This document shows positions 43,847-57,171 of a stretch of DNA of 64,000 nucleotides, one piece after another (positions within the stretch are counted from its first letter, which is position 1; every line of letters starts with the position of its first letter). The notes beneath the pieces were generated by a model. The model saw only the letters and a list, made by a program, of their open reading frames with translations, searched no databases and was not told the origin of the DNA. Position numbers and translations under genes: made by a program. The stretch is from Eledone cirrhosa (taxonomy: Eukaryota): positions 411,122,001 through 411,186,000 of the forward strand of contig OZ024740.1 of the NCBI GenBank assembly GCA_964016885.1. The letters are read 5' to 3'.

Positions 43847-43943
43847 TAAAATACTAAACGGTAAATTAGTAACTTTTGTTCTCGTAAAGGCACGTAAGTA
43901 AGCAAACTGAAGCTATTACAGCGATGTTTTTCTTTACCGGCTT

Positions 43944-44083
43944 TAGAGTTATGTCCCTTCACGATCTGAGTTCAAATCCTGCCGAGGTTAACTTTGCCTT
44001 TTATCCTTACGGGGTCGATAAAATAAAGTACCAGTAATGCACTGGGTATTTGCTGGCCTTGTGCCAAATGTAGAAACAATTAT
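43944..44083 (+). mobile_element. Nin-domain SINE, 5'-truncated (array copy 1)
   Basis: B box, core and tail. Confidence 0.88.
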
Positions 44084-44167
44084 ATTATATTATATTATAT
44101 TATATTATATTATACTACGTTATATTATATTATGTTGTATTATATTATATTATATTGTACTGCATTA

Positions 44168-44353
44168 GGGCGGTGAATTGGCAGTATCGGTAGAGGGTCG
44201 GACATGCTTTCCAGCATAGTTATGTCCCCTTACGATCTGAGTTCAAATCCTGCCGAGGTTAACTTTGCCTTTCATCCTTACGGGGTCGATAAAATAAAGT
44301 ACCAGTAAAGTACTGGGTAATTGCTGGCCTTGTGCCAATAGTAGAACAGTTAT
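44168..44353 (+). mobile_element. Nin-domain SINE (array copy 2) with 17-bp TSD
   Basis: tatatt(g/a)tactgcatta at 44151-44167 and 44351-44367. Confidence 0.92.
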
Positions 44354-44375
44354 ATTATACTGCATTATATTATAA

Positions 44376-44561
44376 CGGTGGATTGGCAGTATCGGTAGAG
44401 GGTCGGACGCCATGCTTTGACGGATAGAGTTACGGCCCTTGCCATTCTGAGTTCAAATCCCGCCGAGGTTAACTTTGCCTTTCATCCTTATGGGGTCGAT
44501 AAAATAAAGTACCAGTAATACACTGGTATGCTGGCCTTGTGCCAAAAGTAGAAACAATTAT
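44376..44561 (+). mobile_element. Nin-domain SINE (array copy 3)
   Basis: A and B boxes, core, tail running into (ATTAT)n. Confidence 0.92.
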
Positions 44562-47500
44562 ATTATATTATATTATATTATATTATACTATACTACATTA
44601 TATTATATTATATTATATTATATTATATTATATTATATCATATTATATTATATTGAGACAATGTGACAAATGGTCTTGTGCCAGTCTTGTGCTATATTAT
44701 ATTATATTATATTATATTATATTATATTGAGATAATGTGACAAATTAACATGGATAGAAAGCTTTTCATATTTCTTCCGGCCCATGGCCTTCATCGTTTA
44801 AAGAATATAGAAAAGTTGATACGGATACTATCCACGTACCTGAAGCAACCCATGGATTCAAAACGAATTGATTAGATACAGGATTCCATGTCTTACTGCA
44901 AACTCTATTTCTGACATATATTGTTGTCGATAAAAAGATGAATACCGTACGTTGATAGAAGCCTCAAAACACTATTAATATTGGACTTTTACAAGGTCAG
45001 AGTTTTTAATAGAGAATTTATAAGCTTTTAGGATCGAGCAAAATGCCACAAGCAATACCGACATAAATGCTTAAGTAAACCGTTTAAACTAGGAGATAGT
45101 AATTATGGAGATACAATATCGTAAATGGAGATCGTAAAATTTTTCTATGGCAAGTTTTCAATTCTTAGGTTTCAGTTATTCAATGATATGTACAATATAA
45201 CAGAAATTGCCTCGCAGATTTTGTATCATGAGGATGTCATCACACCATGTTAGAAATTGGTTTCATAAATAGACAGGGAGCTTTGATTTCATAATAGAAA
45301 TAGACATTTTAATAAATGACATGGTTTACATTCCAGCTCATTCCAGATACAAATATTATTAAGATTTTCCTTCTAAGAACATATGCCTGTCGTACGCTTT
45401 GTTCTCAACGGATGGGGTCTATCACTAAGAAAGAAGTTAATGTGAAAACCAAGTTAGATATAACAGCATCACAATGGTAATGGATATATTTCCTCTGAAT
45501 TGATAAATAGTATGTTTTAATATTATTTCGTATATATCCGTTATTACATTTCAATATTCATGTATAATATACATATTCTATAATGTATACCACGATAGTA
45601 ACTGTATATGCAGTAAATGGTTTCACTTAACATCAAAGTAATAGTGTTATTGATTTTTATGAATTCCAAAATATGGTACTGTATGAAACGGAATATTAGT
45701 ATTGGGTGGATTGTCACATATCTTCAAAACTTCTTTGATATATAAATAATTATATCAAGTAAATATGCTTTTGGTTTTACGGAATCCTTTCACTAACATA
45801 CAATCCTTTCTTGTTACTGTGCTATTTTTCATTATTTTACTTTAATTTACTACAATATTATTTCTGATTTTCTGAATTTTATAAGACTGCCCTTATCCCA
45901 CACATATTGATATTAATTGTTCAGACAGTTAAATATTGCATTATGAATATTTTACATGATGATATTGTTTTTAATATTTGAGCAGCATGTATCGTCTTGC
46001 ATAGTGGTACAGTTGCCTATTTATTACATAACTGAAAAAGGAATTTGTCATATTTTATATCATTCATTCGAACTAAGTTTTAGAACCGTATAGTAGTGGA
46101 CACAAAATAAATATACCTACAAATATACACAGCCACTATTTTATGGTTCCTTGCTGTTTGTGAATAAATTGAGTTGTTTCAGTTTGAATGTTGTCACTTT
46201 TTTATAGCTCTAGGTCAAATATTATCAAGGAGACCAAAAGATATTCAAATACCATGTATGTCAGACATTATCCGATGTTTCCTTTCCCAAGAAGGTAGGG
46301 TGTTATTTAAACGAGAATTGGTTTCTGTTGCTGGTAGGTCGAATGACATCACTCTCAGTTACATTTCTGGTAGAAAAATGTGTCGAACACAATGGTCGAG
46401 TTATTGTATTTTATAGCGATTGTGCATTGTGTGTGCTGTATGACTGAATGGCGATTGTGTATAAGTGTTGTCTGAATCCTTAAGAAAGCTTAAAACACGC
46501 TGTGTTTTATTCAATTGAAGCTGAACGGCGTAGGATGTGGATTGTGCTTATTTTATTCATCACACATAATAGCTCAATTATCTTCAGTAGTGATTTGTAC
46601 CACAAAACCCGTCACTTCGTTTTTCAATTTAAAGATTCTTGTATATAAATAGCTCCTCGAGTTCTTTTGGTGCAATGCATTTATTAACTAGGAAGGAGAG
46701 GTGCAGTAGATTTCAGAGGCTATCCCCCCACCCATTGTTTGATTTTTATAGATCGGTATTGCTCCCCCCACACCATTATATTAAGTCGTTGGGTTTGCAT
46801 TTATGCCAATTCTTAGTTTTCATGTTGCAGTATCAATATATTTCGCAAAGGACATAAATGCTAATATGCCCATATATATGTTTATACTGTGTATTTCAAA
46901 GCGTCTGCAACCGGAAATTATGTGATCAATTTTCTTAATATACTGATTTCATAATGTTCTGTTCATGTTAGATTTCTTTCTTAAATTAATTCATTTTTGT
47001 GCGTTTTTTTACTAGACGTTGATCTAGCGATGTTAAATCACTCCTTCAGTTATCCCATAGCTTTTGAACACTTGTTTACTTATACACACATTTACCTCCT
47101 CTCTGGTGGGAGTTGTAGGATATTATACATAGAGTAAATTTTCTTTCTAGTTTTTCTTTAATCGATAATGGAGATCATTTTTTAGCTTATCTTTTATTCA
47201 TTCTAACTTTTCACACAAAACATTTTTTTTCGTCATTGATATTAGCTACTAGTCTGAATTTTATTTTTAAAAGTATATATTGAGAAATGTGTTTTTTCTC
47301 TGCGTCTCGTTACTACATTAATCAGTTTTCAGGTGATTGTTTATAAATATTTTTCTGAAAACAACGTTGGTACTTCGGTTATTCCTATGCAGCTTTATAG
47401 ATTTTAATCTAACATTTCTGCTCCATCCTATTTATTGTAAGGGAAGGTTAGCCTATACCTACGATCAATTGTGCATTTAAACCAACTAAGATATTTCTGG

Positions 47501-47729
47501 CATTGAGTAACAGAATATATACTTAGACTGACTCTTCATTCTTCCTTTATGAATCTTGCTGCTTATGGGTTCATCTAGGGTTTATTTGTATAAGAAAACG
47601 TTTGATTACTCTGATTTCAGTGATTTCCCTTAATTTAATCTTATTAGTTTTAATTAATTTGCCTCAACTTTGTATAATTTTGACCTAACTTTCTAACGCC
47701 AGTATAGCGTGACTTACAGAACCGCTTTC

Positions 47730-47985
47730 TTGCGCCGATCTGCTTCACGAAGACGTCATTGTTTTCTGATTGTACTTCTTTGTAACACTTCGGTGTGTAT
47801 TCGTGATGCACAATATTTCGGTAGTGGTAGGGAACTGTCAGCAACCTTTTGATTTTACTCTATGTCTCACGTGATTTTCGGGGTCATGTTGACATTGGAT
47901 ACTTCTACTGTGATGACTGAGCCGTGTTTTCCTTGTCATATCCATACACCTAACTTTTAGGCCCAGCGATCACGATATTCAGCAA
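47730..47985 (-). mobile_element. Highly decayed mariner transposase fragment
   Basis: SKIKRLLTVPYHYRNIVHHEYTP resembles the mariner consensus SKIKVLLTVFFDxxGIVHHE. Confidence 0.55.
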
Positions 47986-50900
47986 CGTGTTAGCAGTAGC
48001 GGTTGAAATAAAAAGATGGTATAGCCCCTAATACTCTAGATGTGAGCACATGCCTGTCGCATCCTGTAAACGCACCAAAGTCCACGCATGCACACGAATC
48101 TATGCATTTCCACTATCTATATTTTGTGTTTCTGATACCATTACATCCTAAGGAAACATGAAGTCGTATACGTTTACGAGAGATCAGATACGTAGTTAGT
48201 TCAATACCTCAGCGTGTGGTATTATATCAGAGACATTTCAGTTGTTAATATAAAATAGGCAAATATTCCTTGATTCTTCAAATAATGCCTCGTTTACTAG
48301 TAACTATTCTTTCCAACCATATAAGTATTTCCGTTCAACCCTGTGTCCCTAAAAATTTACAGACCTGTAGATTTTGGCATTTATATTGAGAATTAATATT
48401 TGTGTTCTTAAATATTTATTCAGACGTGAATTCTTGTCTACATATTAATTCATTTAATTTTGTTGCAACTGACGATTGAATGCTAGTAGTTATTTGAATT
48501 AGATATTGAGACTTTAATTACTTCAGGAAGTTCTCATTGCTTACAGTTTTTATAATGATGCTGAATAGTTTAAAGGATGTGCAGAACGCAGAAGGATAAA
48601 AATAGAAAATGTCAAACAGAATAAGACTCTTTTATAAAGATGGGAACGGCTAGCGACGATCTGGGATGTGTTAAGCGCACCATTTTATCTCTAATGATAA
48701 CGCATCTAAATGCAACTTTTTATAGAGGATCGATCGTGGCCTTAGGTAAAAATGACAGTCTCCTGTGTATTATTTTAAGGATGAATTCGATAAATAATTG
48801 AAAGAAACGAACATGTTAAAACTATGTAAACCTTCTTTAATTGTTGGACGGCAGATTATGAGATCACTTTAACAATGTACAACATACAATAACTATGAAA
48901 TATAAAATCAAAAGATATTCATGGAATATTAAAGGGCCTGCTGAAATTAATGGGTACAAAATATAATTTAACAGAATAAAGTTTGCATAAAATTACTTTA
49001 AATTTAATATATTGCACAAGCCCCGAGGAGAATATGCCATATATTACTGACTGCTTAACCATAAAATAATCTTAATTACAGAGAGATATACGCCAGATAG
49101 CCATTACAATAGAGATTATGTAGGGAAAATCAATTGGTGCAAAAAGGAAAAAAAACGTTTTATTATTCAGGGTGCCTGAAATGCAAATACAGCATACAAT
49201 GCTTGTAATATTAGGAATGAGACAGTTGCCATGGCAAAGAGAAACTAACAACAGGGGATAATGATTATTAGAATTCGAAAAACAACATTAATTAATTATA
49301 GAAATCGCAATACACGAACAAAAGCTGACATGAAGGATAACATGGAACTCACTATGAGGGATATATAATGATCAGCTTTATTTAAAAAAAAAATAATATC
49401 AATATATGTAAAGATATAATTCGTGCTTTGCAGGTACAGATATAGGCAACAATTCCCCTTCAGAGTAACAATAGTCATTAATCAGCAATCAATCAATAAT
49501 AACCAATATGCAAGAATAACATTATATTTATTAAAACAATATAGGCACTAATATAATGATAGAAAATAATGCACTGTTTTTCGGAAAATTCTTCCCATTA
49601 TTATTAGATGCAAATCTTTACGATTTTACAGAATGCTTTGAATAAATAACAACCGACATAATTCTTTATTGGTTTAATCTCTCGATAAATGAGGGAATTT
49701 GAAACATAACAAGAGGAATCAAATATACATTGGCCTTCAGAAATATAGACAAGAGAATCAAAGCAGCTAAATTTACCTGTATCAATGAAAATATAAAGAA
49801 CTAGAAATAAATCCTAAACCATACACGTAAGAAAATGCATATCAAATAGGTACAATTCTAATTAAAGTGTAGGAGGCACTTAAAGGTCCAGTTTTTAAAT
49901 ATAATTATGGCTGTCAGTTGAACCCAGAAAATGATGTTGCTGATTGCTCAAGACAATAGGGTGGAGAACGTTAGAGGCACAAAGCCGATGTCGATAGTCA
50001 TCGGCTTAAAAGAATTTAGAAATCAGAATCCATTTAATATACTGCACGAACTAGTAATCGTTTAAATAGTCATACAAGCATTTAGGTAAAAAATCACCTA
50101 GAATAGATAACATAAATGCAGTAATGTTAAATGTACCAAAGAGTCTTTTTAAAACATGTAATAGCATTTTTTATATTGGAATATAGCCCGGTAAAAGGAA
50201 AATATCAATTACAATAATTATCTAGGAAAGCAAACATAAAAGTCTGAAAACAATCGAGTAAATAGCATAATTAACTATCTAAGCATTGTTTTGCTATCGT
50301 TAATTTTCTCCAAGTAAACCAACGATAAAAATGGTATTTAGTGAAGCATACGTATGAACAATGTTTACAATACTTGTAATAAACTTTATTATGGTTTCGT
50401 TGAATTTGAAAGTGTTTGTTGACCGAGTATGGAATATTATGAGAAAATATAACACCAGCTGACAAAGTAAATGTTATAACATCATTGTATGGACATTATC
50501 TGCCTAATAACAATTACAACTGGATGGGCGTGCATCATGGAGGCTGGAAGAATGAGAATAGGAATAAGAAATTAAATAAATAACCGTGGAAATATTTTTG
50601 AACTACCGAAAGTGTTAATAGATATATTTTCGAAAATAATGCGATTTTTTCTGTAGAATGATAAAAGGTGGGAAAATAAATTAGGTTTGCCATGAATCAT
50701 GGTACCTTGATAGCCTACAGTTAAGGGTCAAACGAATATAGTCAAAGATATAGAAACAGCACGAAATTGCTTTTTTAGCAACATCTTTCAGTAGGTAAGG
50801 AGAAAGCTGGCGGAACATATGAGATAGGCTAATGACAGGGTAAGAGAGTGAGAGTCTTGCAAATCTCTGTCTCTGCAAGTATGGAAGGACGTTATGTCTG

Positions 50901-51003
50901 CAAATTAAAAAATAAACCTACCTACACTGCCTTCTTTAGTAATGATATAAGAGATAGAAATAGAGCATAAACATAGTTGTTTCTCATTATTTATTATTTC
51001 CTA

Positions 51004-51161
51004 GGGCAGGGGATTGGCAGTATTGGTAGAGGGTCGGACGCCATGCTTTCCAGCATAGTTACGTCCCTTTATGGTCTGAGTTCAAATAAAGATCGATAAA
51101 ATAAAGTACCAGTAATGCACTGAGTAACTGCTAGTTTTGTGCCAAAAGTAGAAACAATTAT
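51004..51161 (+). mobile_element. Nin-domain SINE with internal deletion
   Basis: Head and tail intact; attatttattattt on both flanks. Confidence 0.88.
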
Positions 51162-51467
51162 TTATTATTTGCTGATGATGTGTATCCCAATTAAGAATAT
51201 TGTTGATGTTACCTTTGTGAGAAAGATTGTTATATTTTTTATACCTTAATTAGAAGGTTACGGTTTTTAGTAGATGTTGTTCGAAAATTCATATATAGGT
51301 GAGTAGTAATGTAGATAGGTAAATGTTTAATTTGTAAATTAGTTGTGGTAAATTGTGTGTGTCAAGTAAAAATGTACACTCTGCTTAGTTCTACACCTCG
51401 TTACAGACGGGAAACTACGCACCGAGTGCTCAATCGGATGGACCTACAGTAACTGCACGTTACACTA

Positions 51468-51520
<53 letters not shown>

Positions 51521-51522
<2 letters not shown>

Positions 51523-51705
51523 CAAAGGAATTGTGGTAAGGAACCAGATGGACCATAACGCACCAGAGTACTGAATACTTAGGGTAGTAGAGTGGGAAAT
51601 AGGAACAAGTATGACCCCGACGGCAGAGCTCAAGCCGTTTCGACGGCTATTTCTGGAAATAGCCGTCGAAACGGCTTGAGCTCTGCCGTCGGGGTCATAC
51701 TTGTT
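51521..51705. mobile_element. Fold-back element family A in (TA)n
   Basis: Perfect 50-bp inverted repeat 51604-51653 / 51656-51705 plus an 83-nt tail; GAAA-CGGC-ttgagctct-GCCG-TC. Confidence 0.85.
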
Positions 51706-51730
51706 TATATATATATATATATATATATAT

Positions 51731-51927
51731 ATGGAAAAAGCAAGCAAGTTAAGAACAAACAGTCTTTACCTACTCACTTTAATGTCTCTACTACAGTTTC
51801 ATTAGGAAAATAACGGTACTCCGAATGGAATATCGTGAGAAACCCTAAATCATCAGGAGTTCCGTTATTTTCCTAATGAAACTGCAGTAGGTAAAGATTT
51901 TTTTCTTAACTTGTTTGCTTTTCCCAT
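51731..51927. mobile_element. Fold-back element family D with a degenerate hammerhead core in its loop
   Basis: Arms 51731-51822 / 51856-51927 (18-nt indel); minus-strand loop actc-CTGATGA...GATA..TC-ggagt. Confidence 0.65.
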
Positions 51928-52069
51928 ATTTGATATTATTAGGCTCTGAATCCGTTAATTTTTATTAACTATTTCATTGAACCAAACTCAGTATAAGTTG
52001 GACACCTTGTATGTATGTATATATCTAAACTTGTATCTATACGCGTGTATAAATATATATGCTTCTTCA

Positions 52070-52133
<64 letters not shown>

Positions 52134-52181
52134 ATGTATGTATGTATGTATATATATATATATATATTATATATATATATG

Positions 52182-52223
<42 letters not shown>

Positions 52224-52227
<4 letters not shown>

Positions 52228-52449
52228 TGTTATACTTTGGGAGGGTCATGTTGCCAATAAGAAACACACGCACCAGTTGCTTTCACTTCAATTTATTATA
52301 TATTTATAAATTTATAAATTTACAAATCTACAAACTTATAAATTTCTGGTTGGTTGGTTGGCAACATGACCCTCCCAAAGTATAACAATATCGGTTTCAA
52401 CACACGATTTCAGATAAAGAATCTTGCTAAACAAATTCAGAAACGAAAT
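52224..52449. mobile_element. Family C fold-back insert in (TA)n
   Basis: 34-bp inverted repeat 52224-52257 / 52358-52391 plus a tail of about 57 nt matching the reverse complement of 37716-37772. Confidence 0.8.
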
Positions 52450-52453
52450 ATAT

Positions 52454-52628
<175 letters not shown>

Positions 52629-53678
52629 ATAAATAGTAACTTACACAATAATGTAACGAGCATGATTTTAATTAGTGTAACATCTGAAAGTAACATATAA
52701 AACTCGACTGTGCACCCACGACCACCACCACCATCATAACAACAACACCAACAACAACACTGCAATTATATTGATGTATTGTTGCACTGAAACATACGCT
52801 TTTAATGAGATATTAAAACGGTCTAGTTTCTATTAATAAGGGTAGCTAGTTAACTTTATGTAAATCACTAGTGAGTCTGTTAAAAACCTTAAATTTCAAT
52901 TTATTTTCTTAGAGTTTATAACAATAATAACGAGGAAAAAAGTGTGTACTATTCCTACTTCCCTAATGACTTCGATAAAATCAAATTGTGCAATTTTCGT
53001 CATTTTTATTCTATTTTTTAGTTGTATATAATTTACGATAAAGTCCTTTATGTAACTAAAATAAGCATTAGGTTCATTTTCATGTCACACGCAAAATCAA
53101 ATTCGGCTATTTAAGTCCTTTTACAATGTGTCCACGTTTTAATGCATTCCTACCAATTCCACCAAGAATTGTTCTCATGTATCTCTAATTCATTTCTTTA
53201 AAACGCACCAGACAGTCTGCATCAAATATTCCTACTTTTATTCTACAAATGCCTATAGCGTTCGTTTTCAAATACTCAAAATGTGTTACAGGCGCGCGAT
53301 AACAATATTTAAGACCGTACGAACTAAACATCTATCATCTTTCATTCGCTTGAACACAAAGAACTCCCCGTGTGTATCGTGTGCAGACCACTCTGTTGCA
53401 AAATTTCGGGATAGGTTTCCAGTCTGAGCCTGATTTCTTCTCCTCTCACCGCTACGGAAGGCACCAGAAAGAACCATCTAAGCTACGTTACATCCTAAGC
53501 TCTACCCATTGAAAAGAATAGGAAACACACTTCCATTACTTTGATGTTGGTGGAGATAAACATAAACAGCTATGCTGTCCATTATACCGTGACAAATGCT
53601 GATCTACCATGTTCCAATCTCTAACAACACTTGTAAATATCTTTGCCTGTCTTTCTGTTATTATACTTACTCCTATAA

Positions 53679-53870
53679 GGGCGGTGGATTGGCAGTATTG
53701 GTAGAGGGTCGGACGCCTTGCTTTGACGCATAGAGTTACGGCCCTTGCCATTCTGAGTTCAAATCCCGCCGAGGTTAACTTTGCCTTTCATCCTTACGGG
53801 GTCGATAAAATAAAGTACCAGTAATACACTGGGTAATTGTTGGCCTTGTGCCTAAAGTAGAAATAATTAT
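53679..53870 (+). mobile_element. Full-length Nin-domain SINE with perfect 17-bp TSD
   Basis: attatacttactcctat at 53660-53676 and 53866-53882. Confidence 0.95.
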
Positions 53871-54042
53871 ACTTACTCCTATCACACTAAACAATAATTC
53901 CATTAATAAACACTTTTCTCACACTTACTTCCATATATAGGCAACAGTTTACTGATTAAATATTATTATGCTCCATACAAATATTAGGTTGAGTTTTATA
54001 TTATCCATAACGAAATGAAACAGCTATAGTTGCTTTATAAAT

Positions 54043-54226
54043 ATAATTGTTTCTACTTTTGGCACAAGGCCAGCAATTATCCAGTACATTATGATACATG
54101 ATTTTATCGACCCCGTAAGGATGAAAGGCAGTTAACCTATGCGGGATTTGAACTCAGTCCGTAAAGAGCTGTAACTCTGTGCTGCAAAGCATATTGTTCG
54201 ACCCTCTACCGATACTGCCAATCCAC
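54043..54226 (-). mobile_element. Nin-domain SINE, inverted relative to the 53679 copy
   Basis: Reverse complement of the family sequence. Confidence 0.9.
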
Positions 54227-54379
54227 GATATATACACGAATATTATATCAAATTAAATTAAATTATTATTAATTATCTATTTCAGTAATTGTATGTATAT
54301 TGTGGGGTGTCACTGCATTACAGATTGCAGGTCTGTGTGGCTTGGGTATTTGTAGTGTTAAATGTTGATGTTATAATTC

Positions 54380-55036
54380 TGGAACAATTGCGGTTTTTGG
54401 TGCAGTAAAGCGCTGGATTTCGGTAGTCAGAAGAATGAAGGTAGGTGTAAAACTTAAATGCAGTATCTTCAATTTGGTATTGATGTCAAACTTTAACAAC
54501 GTTCATGAATCTTGGGTAATGACTGAAAGCATTCGCTCGCGAAAACAAGTGATCGAAATGGGTTCCTCCGAAGGGTTTTTTGGAGTAATCTTACTCGAGG
54601 GAGAGGGTAGCTCGGAGATCAGATATTAGTTCCAGATAGACCGGCTACTTCTCCTAATTTAGAGACTACAGCGCCAATACTATGGGCATGTGGTTCGAAT
54701 GTCTCAGGAAAGAATCGTTGGACAGATTTTTCGGGCAAAACCAACTGGCAGGAGGCCCAGAGATAGACACCAAGCAAGATGGTTGGATAACATCCATGAG
54801 TTTGGCTGGTATCGCTTGGAGGGGGGGGGGTCCAGCCGGATCAGTTGGTAGACGGTTGCTTTTGACAGAACCCACTGGAAGGAAGAGTGTTTGAGGACTC
54901 TATCCCCACGACACTCTCGGGAATACGTGGGCGAAGAAGAAGAAGAAGAAGAAGAAGAAGAAGAAGAAGAAGAAGAAGAAGAAGAAGAAGAAGAAGAAGA
55001 AGAAGAAGAAGAAGAAGAAGAAGAAGAAGAAGAAGA
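54380..55036 (+). mobile_element. 3' fragment of an RTE-clade LINE with (GAA)n tail
   Basis: HESWVMTESIRSRKQVIEMG, SSEIR, YYGHVVRMSQER, RPRDRHQARWLD; ends in a long (GAA)n. Confidence 0.75.
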
Positions 55037-56154
55037 TAATTCCTGGCTATTAGACATTATTTGTATAAATTTTAGTTTGAAATATTTTACCAATATTAAG
55101 CTTATTTATAATGAAGCAATTAAGAAACATACGTGATAATTGATGTAGTGTATTCCATTGATGCTATTGCTACACTCTGCTAGTTAATTATTCAAATATA
55201 TAGCTCTTCCGATTTAAGAGACCTTATTCGTCGCAGACGGTCGAATGACATTTACAGAAACTGTGTCAAGCTAGAAAGATGCTAATGATATACACGTAAC
55301 AAAACAAATTAGAAGAACAATCATTAAAACTGTTTCCATTATTGATTGGTCTATACATTGACATAGTTTTACAAAACAGTTTAAAGGTAACGGAATATAC
55401 CACAGTACCTATATATATATAGAGAGTGAGATCAGAATATAAACTAAATCAAGCTTGTGTAGATAAAATCAATTATGTTTGAGGTGAATGCGCAAACAAA
55501 ATATATATGGAGGATTGCTTAACAAGTAGTTTTTCTCGACGAGTTCCTTGTAGTGTACGTAATATAGGTATTTTGTTAAAAAGGTTATCCTATATTTTCC
55601 AATGAGAAAATTAAGGAGTATTTATAAGTATAAATATGGTACTATGAAAAACTGGAAAACTAGGCAGGAAGCAGTGGTGAGAAGGGGAAGTTTATTGAAT
55701 GACCAATATTAAACATATGTTTCTGTACATTTACATAATCGTCTACATGCGCTGACAGCATTATACAATGCTCATTCGTATGCATTACGTTTCTATTACT
55801 GCACTTCACCAGAAATAAATTAACAAGGAGGAAGTAGAACATTATTATACTCCGAGGTGTGGGCACCGCATTTCTACAATCATTACTGCTGACAAAGATA
55901 ACGTACAAAATATTGGTATATAGAGAAATTCAGCATTAAAATACAATAAACCAATAACAGAAATAAGCAAACATATTAAGCAAATGTTATAAATAAAAAT
56001 AATAAATAAACAAAGGAATAAAATGATGAATTACAATAAATATATCAAGTATAGATACAATATTTGTAAGTGGAGGTGCGGATTACAATCCAAATGACCA
56101 ATGAGAAGAATTTTAGAGTTGTCAGGTTTTCCTGTTTGGCAGTGTAGATTGATG

Positions 56155-56253
<99 letters not shown>

Positions 56254-56269
56254 TATAAAAAGTAAACAG

Positions 56270-56309
<40 letters not shown>

Positions 56310-56358
56310 AAGATGAATATAAAATGAAAGTGCTTTTTTTAAAAAGGAATTTATTAGG

Positions 56359-56390
<32 letters not shown>

Positions 56391-56393
<3 letters not shown>

Positions 56394-56852
56394 AAATGGG
56401 GAGAAAAATACTGCTGGTAGCACATGGATAACAGGTAATAAAATAAGTCCCTCATCAGTGATTTGCCGACGATCATAGATATTTCATTGCATTAAAAATC
56501 ATATACCTCACGTCGGTGCAATAATAACTAAATTAAGTTATTAGGACAATTAAAACGCGTAAAGCGAGTGAGACAAGAAAACAACAAAGAGTAGAGCTAA
56601 CCGTAGAAGGAAGGAGACAAGCTACATAGTTATTCTGTTAGCATAAGCTAGGTGAATATATGAGCGCTTAGAAAACAGACCTTTCACGAACGAATGCAAT
56701 GTGAGAAAAGAGAGAAATTGCCTTTCTTTGCGAACGGGGTGAAGTGAGGAGAGGAGAAACAGTGAGTGAGTGAGTGGAAGTGTGAGGAAGAGTGAACTGA
56801 TATGACAGAGGGGGCGAAAGAAAGTAGGAGAAACAGAGAGAATGGGGGAGCA

Positions 56853-56928
<76 letters not shown>

Positions 56929-57138
56929 CAGAATCGCAGTTTGGGTAAATATATATAATAAAATGGGGAGAAAAATACTTCTGGTAGCACATGGATAACA
57001 TGTAATAAAATAAGTCCCTCATCAGTGATTTGCCGACGATCATAGATATTTTATTGCATTAAAAATCATATACCTCACGTCGGTGCAATAATAACTAAAT
57101 TAAGTTATTAGGACAATTAAAACGCGTAAAGCGAGTGA
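56391..57138. repeat. Pair of 181-bp direct repeats flanking a purine-rich spacer, TA-bounded
   Basis: 56391-56571 and 56958-57138 differ at about 3 positions; offset 567 bp. Confidence 0.92.

Positions 57139-57170
<32 letters not shown>

Positions 57171-57171
<1 letters not shown>

Noticed and set aside
43944-44561. Repeat-spacer pattern resembling a CRISPR array
   Set aside because: The repeats are 140-190 bp SINEs in eukaryotic DNA, with microsatellite spacers and no cas genes
46170-46640. Possible R4-like N-terminal relic on the minus strand
   Set aside because: Only a weak PSWERK word; insufficient
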